From the NCBI GenBank assembly GCA_907165135.1, contig OU015566.1, forward strand, positions 8,556,001 to 8,620,000: a stretch of DNA of 64,000 bases. The letters run 5' to 3'. Origin of the DNA: Oikopleura dioica. Taxonomy: Eukaryota; Animalia; Chordata. The position numbers were made by a program, and so were the translations under genes. The notes beneath the pieces were generated by a model, which saw only the letters and a program-made list of their open reading frames with translations, was not told the origin of the DNA and did no database searches. Of the stretch, positions 11,817 to 22,114 are shown one piece after another. Numbering within the stretch: position 1 is the stretch's first letter; every line of letters begins with the position of its first letter.

Positions 11817-13610
11817 ATGTCTGGTCTTGAAGTTATCGGTGCGGGCTTTGGAAGAACCGGGACGCTGAGCCTTTACACGGCCTTGAACATGCTCGACGGA
11901 ACTGCGTATTAAAGCTTAAAGCTTAAGGGTAATCCTATACATCGGCGCGGCGCCGCCCGCGCGATCCGCGCTCCGCCAGAACCTATTTTTCACAAGGCCA
12001 TAAAATCCGAACGAAGTAAGACTTTTTCAGAATTCAAAAAGATCCTTAAACTCTCTTCTATTCATCCAGCAAAAATGGAAAATATCGGCAACGAGGAACC
12101 ATTTGAAAACCGCCGGTTTCCTTCAAAAGACATTTCCCGCCACAATTCCTATCCAAATTTCACAAAAATTAGATGGTCTTGTAGAGATTCGTCTGCTCTA
12201 CAATTCCTGTTTCTTAGTTTTATTTAACGCTCTCAATAATTTTACATGGCCATTTGAAAAGAGCGCTATTCTTTCTCGCGCCAAGAGCGGCGTGAGAAAT
12301 AGGAAGCGGAGAGGCGCAGAGCAGAAGAGCGCTCTCTTCAAACTTTCATAGAGAATTATTCAGAACGTAAAAATGAATTCTGAGAAACAGGAATTGTAGA
12401 ACAGACGATTCTCCACAAGACCATCTGATTTTCGTGAAATTTGGATGAGAATTGCGGCGGGAAATGTCCTTTGAAGGAAACTGGTGGTTTTCAGATGCTT
12501 CCTTGAATTCGATTTTCTTCATTTTTGCTGGAGGCATAGAAAAGACTTTAAAGATTCTGAATCTTTTTAAATTTTGAAAAAATCTTACTCCATTCGGATT
12601 TTTCAGCTTCGTGAAAAATAGGTTCTGGCGGTGCGCGGAGCGAGCGAGCGGCGCCGCGCCGATGTATAGGATTACCCTTAAAATAAAATAAAATAAATTA
12701 AATTTCAGTCCATGTTATCACATGCTAGAAAATTTCAAATACCACCACAAGAGTTTTTGGTACCGAGCAAATGAGGCAACAACGATGGAAGAGCGCGAGC
12801 GTGCTCTCAAGGAAGTTCTTACTGATAAGGGCTACAAGGCGATCGTGGATTTTCCTGGCTGCGTCTTCTTCGAAGATTTTATGCGAATGAGCCCCGACGC
12901 AAAAGTTATTCTTTCAGGGCTAGGTTCAAATTTTCAGTAAAGCCTAATAAACGCTTATTTGAAAAAGGCGAAAAATTGAACTCAGAAAAGTACGAGATAC
13001 TCCAGCTGCCTGGTTCAAATCCGTCGACCAGACCATTTTTGCGGAGTGCACTGGCGGTCGAAAGACGATTCTTCAAATGCTTTTTCCTTTTGGTCTTCAT
13101 CGACATGTGATAAAGCCAATTTTTTGGCTTCCTTTTGCCGTGAGTATTCGATTTGCTTACTGAGCCGTATCAACCGTATCAATTGAAGGACTTCGACCGA
13201 ATGCAAAACACGATCGAGCGAATGTTCAGAGGCGCTCCAAAAGACTATTCGAAAGCGGGAATGGAAAAATGCTACACTGATTGGGTGGGGCACGTCAAAG
13301 CTACTGTTCCGAAAGAAAAGCTTCTCGTTCATAATGCTAAGCAGGGATGGAAACCTATTTGCGACTTTCTGGGCAAGCCGGTGCCCGACTGTCCCTATCC
13401 AAGAGTCAACGATTCAGCAGGTAAGAATCAACCGTACCGTTAAAAATATTGAGCATCTTAGATTTTCAGCGAAAAATAATGATGGCTGATGCGATTTCTC
13501 TTGTCTCGATTGCAATCTTTTACGGTGGACTCTTCTATGCTACCAAATATGCAAACGGTGCTGGATACTTCGACTTTTTGAAGAAAGTCGTTGTTGATTT
13601 CCTGCAATGA
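11817..13610 (+). CDS. P-loop sulfotransferase-like protein (Sulfotransfer_4 type) with C-terminal hydrophobic anchor
   Basis: MSGLEVIGAGFGRTGTLSLYTALNML spliced to PCYHM. It also has VPKEKLLVHNAKQGWKPICDFLGKPVPDCPYPRVND, the family's characteristic C-terminal motif. Stop at 13608-13610. Confidence 0.85.
11927..12677. mobile_element. Kolobok-like non-autonomous element (751 bp) in sulfotransferase intron 1
   Basis: TTAA on both sides (11923-11926, 12678-12681). TIR GGGTAATCCTATACATCGGCGCGGCGCCG and its exact complement; arms stay imperfectly inverted for about 350 bp. TTAA TSD with RR..YY termini fits Kolobok rather than piggyBac (CCC termini). Confidence 0.8.
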
Positions 13611-13712
13611 GAATGTGATACTGATAGAATATCAGATATTTTACTCAAATAAATAGGTCATTTTAGTTCGTACAAAATATGAATTTATTATCGAATACAA
13701 AACACAAAGAAA

Positions 13713-15624
13713 TTACAAGAGGGCATCAAAATCAAGGAAAGAACCGACGTTATTATCAATATCAGATGCTGTCGAAATAACCAGAGTCGCTTCGTCACCT
13801 TCTGTATTTCTTGCTAAAATTGTTAGAGGAAATTCACCGCTCAAAAAACCCCCGTCGAAGTAAAAGTTGTCTCCAACACCGTTTGAAAGAGATAACTCTC
13901 GACCGTTGATAGACATGAAATTGACTCCGAATCGTGTGTTGGTTGGTTGGAATGCGTTCCACCACTGGCTTGATCCTTCTTTGATGTATAGTTGTGAAAC
14001 GGGCGAGGAAAGGAATTCTGATGGACATTCGACGAATTCCCACGAGCCATCGTAAAGGCTAAATATTTAAAGGTAAAATTGCTTTAAATATTCCATTGAC
14101 TAACCTTGGGCTTTCATCTCCGGTGACTTCATTCCAAGTCGATGGAGACAAGTCTAAATGATTTTGCTTGCATGTCGCATCTGGGCAGGTGTCAACAACC
14201 ATCGCAATAACCTCGCTTCCAGCTGAACAGGCTCCAGTGAAAACACTCTGAGTGCATTCGCATTTCAGCTTCACACATCGTCCACAGTTCGCACTTGCGC
14301 TGTAGTCGGTATCGTAGTCAAGGGCGACGAAATGTGTAGCAGCTTTTATACTGCCACTGTTGTGAAGGCCGCAGGCACCGTTTGTGTAATCGGAGAGAGA
14401 GTCGTAATGTGTAAACTCGCCGACTCTATTGAATGAAGAGCATGTACCTCCCGCTGTTGTGGTCGTTGCAGGAGTCGTCGTTGATGTTGTGGTTGTTGTG
14501 GTTGTGGTCGTTGTGGTTGTAGATGTAGTTAATGTTGTTGAGCCTGTGGAGGAAGACGAAGTTGTAGTGGTTGTTGAAGCCGCTGAAGTTGTCGATGTTG
14601 TCGATGTACTAACTCCTGTTGTGCTCGTAGTTGTAGAAGAGGTTGTGGAAACTGACGAACCGTAGTCCGTGTTGGTGCAGGGGCACGACTTGATAGCTCG
14701 GAGAACCCAGTTCGCATTGACATTAACAGCATCGTCGAAGGTTTTCAAGTTTGCATCAAACATCATTCCACTTACAAAGTTGGCGTTTTCTTTGAAGGTG
14801 ACTTTCCATCGGACGCCATCATCTAAGCTCTCTACGTTTTCGACCGGATGTCCCCAGCTGAGCCATGAGACGCGAACATCGAATTCGAAGTAAAGGAAGT
14901 CTCTATCACTCCAATCAAGACCATCGAGGCTATATGAAGCACGGATTCGGAAGCAGTTTCTGCACGTCCACGAGTTCTGGAAGGAGATGTTTCCAGTTGT
15001 GAGGTCGGTGCATTCAGGAGCTTTTTCGGCTGGACATCCCGTGGTGTCTGTATCGGTGCCTGGATTAGGTGTAGTCGTCGGTGGGATAGAACACGAATAA
15101 GAGCTCAAATCCGCTGCTTTCTTCGACCCATCTTCTCTCCACTCGCATCCTTTCTTCTTGTGGCAGTTGCAAACAAGATCGACATTATTTGTCGCTGTGG
15201 TTGGAAAGAGGTCGCCTCCGTTGGAGCATGTCATCGCACATCGTCGGTCATCAGTGGGGTCATCGACCGAGCAGAGGAATCCCAAGTTATTGTCGGCGAC
15301 GGCTGGTTCAGCATCGACACTGCCTTCGCAAGTTATGCAGTTAGGGAATGTCTTCTCCCAAGCACCGTCCACGCACTTGTTTCGTGCTCGACCATCTGGA
15401 ATTGAGCCTGGCTTACACATCAGTGTGCATCGTTTGCTGTTACAGTAGTATCTGTCGACATTTCCCGATACTTCTGGAATCGTGCATGTGAGACCTCGAG
15501 GATGACTACCAGATGATCGATTTGACTCGACATTGCTGTTTCTGACAGTTGCTCTCAGGTCTTTGTATTTCCCTGGCTCTTGAGAAGTCGCGGCGGCAAT
15601 CAAAAAAGAGCTTGCTAATTTCAT
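13713..15624 (-). CDS. Secreted modular protein (621 aa): signal peptide, 2 sushi-like modules, Trp-rich putative CBM, Thr/Ser linker, full expansin-like (EXLX) D1+D2
   Basis: Exons 15624-14105 and 14058-13713 with a 46-nt GT-AG intron; 1866 nt in frame. D1 motifs GEFTHY, GACG, VAL, CGRC, VVDTCP, HLDLS. D2 begins WEFVECP...YIKEGSSQWW. AATAAA lies downstream at 13689-13684. Confidence 0.88.
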
Positions 15625-15683
15625 TATGTGTTTAATAAATTTTAAAAATAAAAAAATTGAGTGATGTTTTTGTCAATCTGGCG

Positions 15684-15725
15684 TTTATAAACGCGGAACG
15701 AAATAGGAAACGCGCGGTGGCGCTG
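15684..15725 (-). promoter_or_regulatory. TATA-like box plus CAGCGCCACC element upstream of the expansin-fusion gene
   Basis: TTTATAAA about 60 nt and CAGCGCCACC about 95 nt upstream of the ATG. The same two elements are conserved in order upstream of the paralog (20988-21027). Confidence 0.5.
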
Positions 15726-16313
15726 TGATGGTAGAACGTGAGGATACAAGGGTTCGTTTACAATACTCGAACCGAGTCTTTCAGTGATGATGATTAATTA
15801 ATATACTTTTTTTAAATATAATATAAAGATAACTTTGAATCAAAATTTGTATCTTAGATAGGTAATAACTGTAAAATTTAAATTGAAATATCGGAAGAAT
15901 ATCGATAAAGTAATTTCTCTGAAAGGTTTTTTCTCAATTTCTAGCAAACCGTATTTTGGATAGAAAGTATCCGAATTGAAATTCTCAATTTAAGAACCAC
16001 TATCTCGTCTCATTTTAGTGTGAAGCTCACTATCTGGGTTAGACCACATCTTTTTGCGTTGCCTACGGATCAATCCTATATAGAATACCAAAGATACAGA
16101 ACGATACATGAAAATCACTTCTTCGGAAGAAAATTCTACCCTCCATCTTTCTTATGGTCATTCGAAAAGGCAACTCCTGAGGAGTCGATTCATATAGTTT
16201 TGAGGGTCTGAGTCATCATTAATGACGTCATAGGCACCCCTATTGAAAAATTCTAGTGAAGCCCTGTATCTCCGAAAATTTCCAAAGAAAGTATGGACAT
16301 ATGGGTATCATTG

Positions 16314-16470
16314 GAAAGCCCGGCTCAAACTGTGGTTGGGCAGTTGGTGGGCAGCCGATTATTCTCAACAAAAAACAATTTTTAAGCCAAAAAACTTTCC
16401 ACTCAAAATTTTTTTCACAAAATTTTACGTCGCACATAGTCTGCCCAACCACAGTTTGAGCTGGGCTTTC
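16314..16470. repeat. Small hairpin / MITE remnant with 30-bp inverted arms
   Basis: GAAAGCCCGGCTCAAACTGTGGTTGGGCAG at 16314-16343 is mirrored at 16441-16470 with one mismatch. Confidence 0.75.
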
Positions 16471-16972
16471 GAAAGAGCCCAAAATCACTGTACTTTATAA
16501 AGAAAGGTTCAGAGTTCTGAGGCTTCAGTACTTGTTATTTTCACGTACTTATAGCTCTAGAATCAGTTATAATATAGTATAACCGACCCATAAAAATTAT
16601 ACCATTCGACTCCCCAGAACCTGCGCTACAAGATAAAAACAAAAAACATAGGGGTCAGGATTTTGGTCCGAAGAAGTGATTTTAATGTATCGAACGTTGA
16701 AAGTCTGTTCGATGCATTTTCTATTATTTAAGTTATAAAAACAAAAATAATACTGACCACTAAGAATTGACTGGTTGTGAATGCAGACAATGTCGTTCGA
16801 ATGAAATAACATAGAAATATGCAGAGTACGGAGGATCTTACCGCAAAATTTTCCTCAACTTCCCGAGAAGCGTTTTCAGGCAATTTCTATCGGAAGAGTA
16901 AAAATTACGGTATTGTTCTTGAACTATCCCGTTATTTTACGGATCAATCCATTAAACAATCGACATCGTCGA

Positions 16973-17397
16973 TTGGGTTGGCCAAAAAATGGAAGGTCGT
17001 GCGCCTAATACGGCTCACCCCTCATTCGAAGCGCCTTCTCGAGAGGATCATTTTGAGCTATGAATGAAACCTTCAAAATAGCAGGAAGGCATCGAAAAAA
17101 ATATTTTTCTGAAAATTTCGATTTTTCAATTTTTTATTAAATTAACATTTTTAAATGAGTCATAACTTTTAATGAGTCATGCTGACGTCATCATGAGTCA
17201 TCAACAAATGTTCCTAAGCGTCTGTTCTTACAATCGAGTATACATATGATTGATGTTCTAAAGGACTTCTTGGTCAGACGACCCTTCAAAGTCTGCTATT
17301 TTTTAGATTTCATTAATAGCTCAAAATGACCCTCTCGAGAAGGCGCTTCGAACCAGGGGTGACTTGCGCACGACCTTCGATTTTTTGGCTAACACTA
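16973..17397. mobile_element. MITE (copy A, about 425 bp)
   Basis: TIRs containing GTTGGCCAAAAAA..GAAGGTCGTGCGC, and subterminal TTCGAAGCGCCTTCTCGAGAGG at both ends. An inverted second copy lies at 18253-19548. No TSD was found. Confidence 0.8.
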
Positions 17398-17499
17398 TTG
17401 GGCAAATATTAACATTAAGAATTTATATGCGAAAAACAAATGAGCGAGCACCGAAATTGAGAACAAAGCAGAATTAATAATCAAGATAAATTCGAGAAA

Positions 17500-18208
17500 A
17501 TGCAGACAATCAAGTGTGTCGTAGTTGGCAATGGTTATGTTGGGAAGACTTGCCTCTTAATAAGATATTCAAGTGGTGAACTCCCAAATGAATACGTTCC
17601 TACTAGTAATTTTGAAAAAATTTTTAACGTTTATAAAAATTTTGTAGTTTTTGACAATGGAGCGGTTACAGTCATGATTGGAGGAGAACCGTACACACTT
17701 GGATTATTTGATACCGCTGGACAGCAGGAATATGACCGTTTGAGACCTCTTTCTTACCCAAAGACGGACATTTTTCTTGTTTGCTATTCAATAGACGATC
17801 ACTCATCTATGCATAATGTGAAGGAAAAGTGGGTTCCAGAAATAAGACATCATTGCCCAAATATTCCTATTCTTCTTATTGGCAAGTTTAAAACAATATA
17901 AAATTCTAAGATTTTACCTAGGCTCCAAAAATGATTTACGTTATGACGAGAGTACTATCACACGCCTTGCGAAAAAGAAGCTTAAGCCAATCTCTTCAAG
18001 AGTTGGAGAAAAATTGGCGAAAGATGTTTGTGCTGCTAAATATGTTGAATGTTCAGCATTAACTGGAGCGGGTTGATTTAAAGTGTTCATTTGTAATTTG
18101 ATTTTTATTTTAGGTCTCAATAACGTTTTTAATGAAGCGATCTTAGCAGCACTAGAACCGCCACCGAAAATTGAACGCACGATGAAAAAAAACTGCCGAT
18201 TTTTATAA
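17500..18208 (+). CDS. Divergent Cdc42-like Rho GTPase (4 exons)
   Basis: [17 protein letters not shown]...[25 protein letters not shown]...KYVECSALT...KKNCRFL* (CaaX). Introns are 17606-17647, 17882-17921 (GC-AG) and 18072-18113. Confidence 0.9.
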
Positions 18209-18252
18209 TTCCCAAAATAAATCTATTCAAAAAATCTTTGAAAATTGCTTAT

Positions 18253-19548
18253 TAGCGTTGGCAGAAAAAAATTGAATGTCGTGCGCCTAACACAAGTCAA
18301 CCGTGGTTCGAAGGAGTAAGCTTCACTTGGACAGGAGCTTCACTTGGACAGAGCTTCACCTGGACAGAGCTTCAGTTAGACAGCGCTGTCCAAACGACGC
18401 TTTTGTCCAAATGACGCTCTGTCCGAATGACGCTTAGAAAATGTAGGCAACGCGCGGCGCGCTGAATGGCGGAGATAAGCGCAACTTTCTTCGTTTTTCC
18501 CAGAACATGGAAGTTCGTGGAACTTCATCTCTGTTGGAGGAGGCTTCGGTTTAAGTTTATCGAGCATTTATCTCACAATAGATTTTATAAAATGAAAATG
18601 CCTCTTAGTTTTTGAAATTCTCGACGTTATCACCGGTGTTATACGCAACTATTGGGCTTTTTATCAGAAATTCCTATCATCAGGGAAAAGACTGCGACGA
18701 AGAATTTTTTTTTTTGAATCAATGAGTGACCTAAAAACTGTTAGAAGTAACCTTTTTGAATCTTTTGATTGCAAAGAGGGTTGTGTTGGGTCTGTCTTGT
18801 AGACTTATCCCAACAGTTGGCTAATGTGCCTTTATGAGTAAAAACACGCGTACGTGTCGAGATTTTTCTATATTTTTAGCGTTCCAATGCTAAAAATTAC
18901 CCTCAATTTTGAATATCGGAAGTATGATGTAACATGTTTTAAAAGGTACCAACGGAAAGATGATTTCAAGCTGCTGATGTTTTGATGCGTAATTGTTAAA
19001 TTGGGGCTCACTTGGACAAGAGCTTCGTTTCGACAGAGCTTCATTTGGACAGGGCTGTCCAAGTGAAGCTTTTGTCCAAGTGAAGCTCTGTCCAAATGAA
19101 GCTCCTGTCAAAGTGAAGCCTACTCTGGTTCGAAGCGCCTTCTCGAGAGGGTCATTTTGAGCTATTATTAATAGCCTATTAATGAAATCTAAAAAATAGT
19201 CGTAAAATTATCGTATATGATCTCCGACTTTACAGCGTCGTTTGACCCAGATTTTCTTGAGAGAATAGATCATTTTCATTTTTATTTGAAGAACAGACGT
19301 TGAGGAATATTCAAAAATGACTCATGATGACGTCAGCATGACTTATCAAAAGATATGACTCAGTAAACAATGGTTATATTGATCGAAATACGAAAAATTG
19401 AAAATTTCAGAAAAATATTTTTTTCGATGCCTTCCTGCTATTTTAAAAATTTTATTTATGACTCAAAATGATCCTCTCGAGAAGGCGCTTCGAATGAGGG
19501 GTGACTCGTGTTAGGCGCACGACCTTCGATTTTTTTGGCCAACCCATA
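18253..19548. mobile_element. MITE (copy B, inverted relative to A), split by a nested insertion
   Basis: 19126-19548 is the reverse complement of most of copy A. Its left terminal part is 18253-18313, separated from the rest by the 18314-19125 element. Confidence 0.8.
18314..19125. mobile_element. Mutator/Foldback-like non-autonomous element (812 bp) with subterminal tandem repeats
   Basis: Exact 10-bp TSD TGGTTCGAAG (18304-18313, 19126-19135). TIR GAGTAAGCTTCAC / GTGAAGCCTACTC. Both ends carry arrays of a 17-18 bp AGCTTCACTTGGACAG unit in both orientations. Confidence 0.85.
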
Positions 19549-21082
19549 TCGACAATAATAATACAGAACATTGAAAGTTTATTCGAGGTATTATTTATGA
19601 TGCAAAAGCCCACGTAGCTACAACAAAAACAGCAAATATACTGATAAAGCCACCAACTATCCACCAACCAAGACTGCAAAGAGGTAAATTCTCCGTAGAC
19701 TTCTTTCTTTTTTCTCTTGGTCGACCCCTTTCAAAGTCCACATCAGCCGGGGCAGATGGTTTTTCTCGTTTGTAATCTTGATTAGATTCAATTCTATCGC
19801 CCCAGTCATCATTTTTCCGCGAGTCCCACGATCGATCGTTCTTAAATCAATGATTTCAAATCATATTTCAAGGTCTTTCTCTGGATACACGTAGTAGATG
19901 TTTTTACAATTATGAATCAAATTTAGTCTCTATTTGAAAAGATACCTTGGAGCTCCTCCAACCAGTATTTCTATTTGTCCCGCTCGAATTCCAGCCAGAT
20001 CCTCCTGCAAGTGGAGCGTCTCTATCATCTTCTTCGTCAGTATCAGTCCACTTTGTCATTTTAGTCTTCTTTGGCCTTGTCCACTTTTTCTCTTTTTCAT
20101 TTTTCTTCAATTTTATTGAAACCAAGCCAGGCGCTAAATTTTTCGCAATCGTGCGAAAAATCAACTTTATAACTTGCACAGGATGCGCAATCAGAAGCAA
20201 GTAAAAATCATAAAGTTCAAACAATTTCGCTTTTGAAAATAAACGGTTTCTCGCTAGACTCCGTCCAACGGAGGAAGTTTTGAACTCTTGTTGAAGGGGT
20301 TCATCTGAAACCTATCAAATACTTCCAGTGTTCAATCTACGAAAGGCGGAAGGGATTAAAAAGTAAAAGCCTTGTTTGGGATGTTTTTGCTTCCCGATAC
20401 ACGTGCAAATTTAGTCTTATCTCGAGGGGACTTACCAGCAACGTGCTAACGGTACGATAAATGGTCTGATATCTGCCTAAATACGAAAGATAACAGCTCA
20501 ATTAAGTAAAAACGGTGCATGGAAAAATGTAGATAAGACAAAATTAAGCAGCTGAATTAAGTGAACTTTGCGGATTGGAAAGTAAATACAGTATTTATTT
20601 AAAAATTAACTTATACACAATTTGAATAATTAGTGTTTATTTCCGTTTTGGCTTAGCGTTTTCGGCCTTTTAGCGTTCTAACGTTTTTTTATAATCATAA
20701 CATTAAATATCGTAAATATATTTCTTTCTCTCATGACGAATACTTGGCTAAGACATTTATCTTTAATTGTAATCTTCAAAAGAAATAATCAAGTTTTTCG
20801 CTTAATGAAATTTTAAATATTCTAAACAGGCTTAATTACGCATGGTTCCATCCCATGTCATGATTCAAAAGGCCGTCAAATCTCTCACGGAAATCTTTTT
20901 TAGAATGGGATTTTTTATCCCTCACTCTAATCATATATCGTATTAACTAGTACTTCTTATCTTTCAACCCCGCGCGACGCTCATTCGCAGCGCCACCTCG
21001 CGTGTCCGGCTTACGCTCTGTTTATAAGCGCTGGAATGGTGCGAAATCATCACCTTTTTCAGCCGCAAAAAGTAAAAAAAAA

Positions 21083-22045
21083 ATGAAACTTACCAGTGCA
21101 CTTTTTCTTGCTTCCGCTACTGCTCAAGAACCAGGAAAGTACAAAGACTTGAGACAAACAGTCAGAAACAGCGTCAGCGAATCAAACCGAGTCGCTGGGT
21201 CCAGCGATGATTCCCGTGCTGCTCTCGAATGCACGATCCCGGAAGTCAGTGGCAACGTTGATGGCTACTACTGCAATAGCAAGCGATGTACTTTGATGTG
21301 CAAACCAGGATCGATTCCTGACGGACGAGCGCGAAACAGATGCATCAATGGCGAGTGGGAGGATGCATTCCCCAACTGCATAACTTGCGAAGGCAGTGTC
21401 GATGCTGAGCCAGCCGTCGCCGACAACAACTTGGGATTCGTCTGCTCCGTCGATGACCCCACTGATGACCGAAGATGCGCTATGACATGCTCAAACGGAG
21501 GCGACATCTTCCCAGCTACAGCGACTAATAATATCGACCTTGTCTGCAACTGCCACAAGAGAAAAGGCTGCGAGTGGAGAGAAGATGGATCAAAGAAGGC
21601 AGCCGACCTCAGCTCTTACTCCTGCTCTACTCCAACAGTAACTATTCCAGAAGGATGTCCTGCAGACAAAGCCCCCGAATGCACTCAACTCACAAGAAAC
21701 AAAATCTCTTTCCAAAATTCCTGGACATGCCGAAACTGCTTCCGAATCCGCGCGTCCTACAGCCTCTCCGACCTCGACTGGAGCGACCTCGATTTCCTCG
21801 TGATTCGATTCGACGTTCGCGTTTCTTGGCTCAGCTGGGGACACCCCGTCGACGATGCTATCAGCTTGGACAACGATGATGGCTTCTTATGGAAGGTCAC
21901 CTTCAAAAAGAACGCGAACTTCCAAAGTGGAATGATGTTTGATGCCAACTTGAGAACTTTCAACAACGCTGTCAATGTCAACGCAAACTGGGTTATTGAA
22001 GATATTCAATCCTGCCCTTGCTCAAACACGGACTACGGTAACTAA
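21083..22045 (+). CDS. Secreted paralog of the 13713-15624 protein lacking the linker and expansin module (320 aa, intronless)
   Basis: MKLTSALFLASATAQEPGKYKDL... is collinear and highly similar to the N-terminal about 320 aa of the expansin fusion. It ends at SCPCSNTDYGN*, with AATAAA about 60 nt downstream. Confidence 0.88.
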   Translation: MKLTSALFLASATAQEPGKYKDLRQTVRNSVSESNRVAGSSDDSRAALECTIPEVSGNVDGYYCNSKRCTLMCKPGSIPDGRARNRCINGEWEDAFPNCITCEGSVDAEPAVADNNLGFVCSVDDPTDDRRCAMTCSNGGDIFPATATNNIDLVCNCHKRKGCEWREDGSKKAADLSSYSCSTPTVTIPEGCPADKAPECTQLTRNKISFQNSWTCRNCFRIRASYSLSDLDWSDLDFLVIRFDVRVSWLSWGHPVDDAISLDNDDGFLWKVTFKKNANFQSGMMFDANLRTFNNAVNVNANWVIEDIQSCPCSNTDYGN

Positions 22046-22114
22046 GTCTGTTTCTGTCATAATATTTTCTACGTTTTGTACTTCTTCTCCTTCATTCTTA
22101 TAAATCAATAAACT

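Noticed and set aside
14429-14665. Val-rich plus-strand ORF
   Set aside because: It is the antisense shadow of the Thr/Ser linker of the expansin fusion.
13713-15624. Possibility that the expansin gene is bacterial or fungal contamination
   Set aside because: It has a spliceosomal intron, animal sushi-like modules, a local paralog, a poly(A) signal and continuous animal gene neighbours; assembly chimerism still needs a read-level check.
18314-18420. Short tandem repeat array that could suggest a CRISPR array
   Set aside because: Units are contiguous with no unique spacers, the context is eukaryotic, and they lie inside a TSD-flanked transposon.
16819-19679. ORFs sharing KVVRL.R.TPHSKRLLERIILS (16819-17067 plus, 19452-19679 minus)
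   Set aside because: They are translations of the MITE A/B termini, not genes.
21002-21082. 27-codon N-terminal extension of the paralog in the ORF track
   Set aside because: It starts at GTG and overlaps the TATA box; the ATG at 21083 matches the paralog's start and signal peptide.
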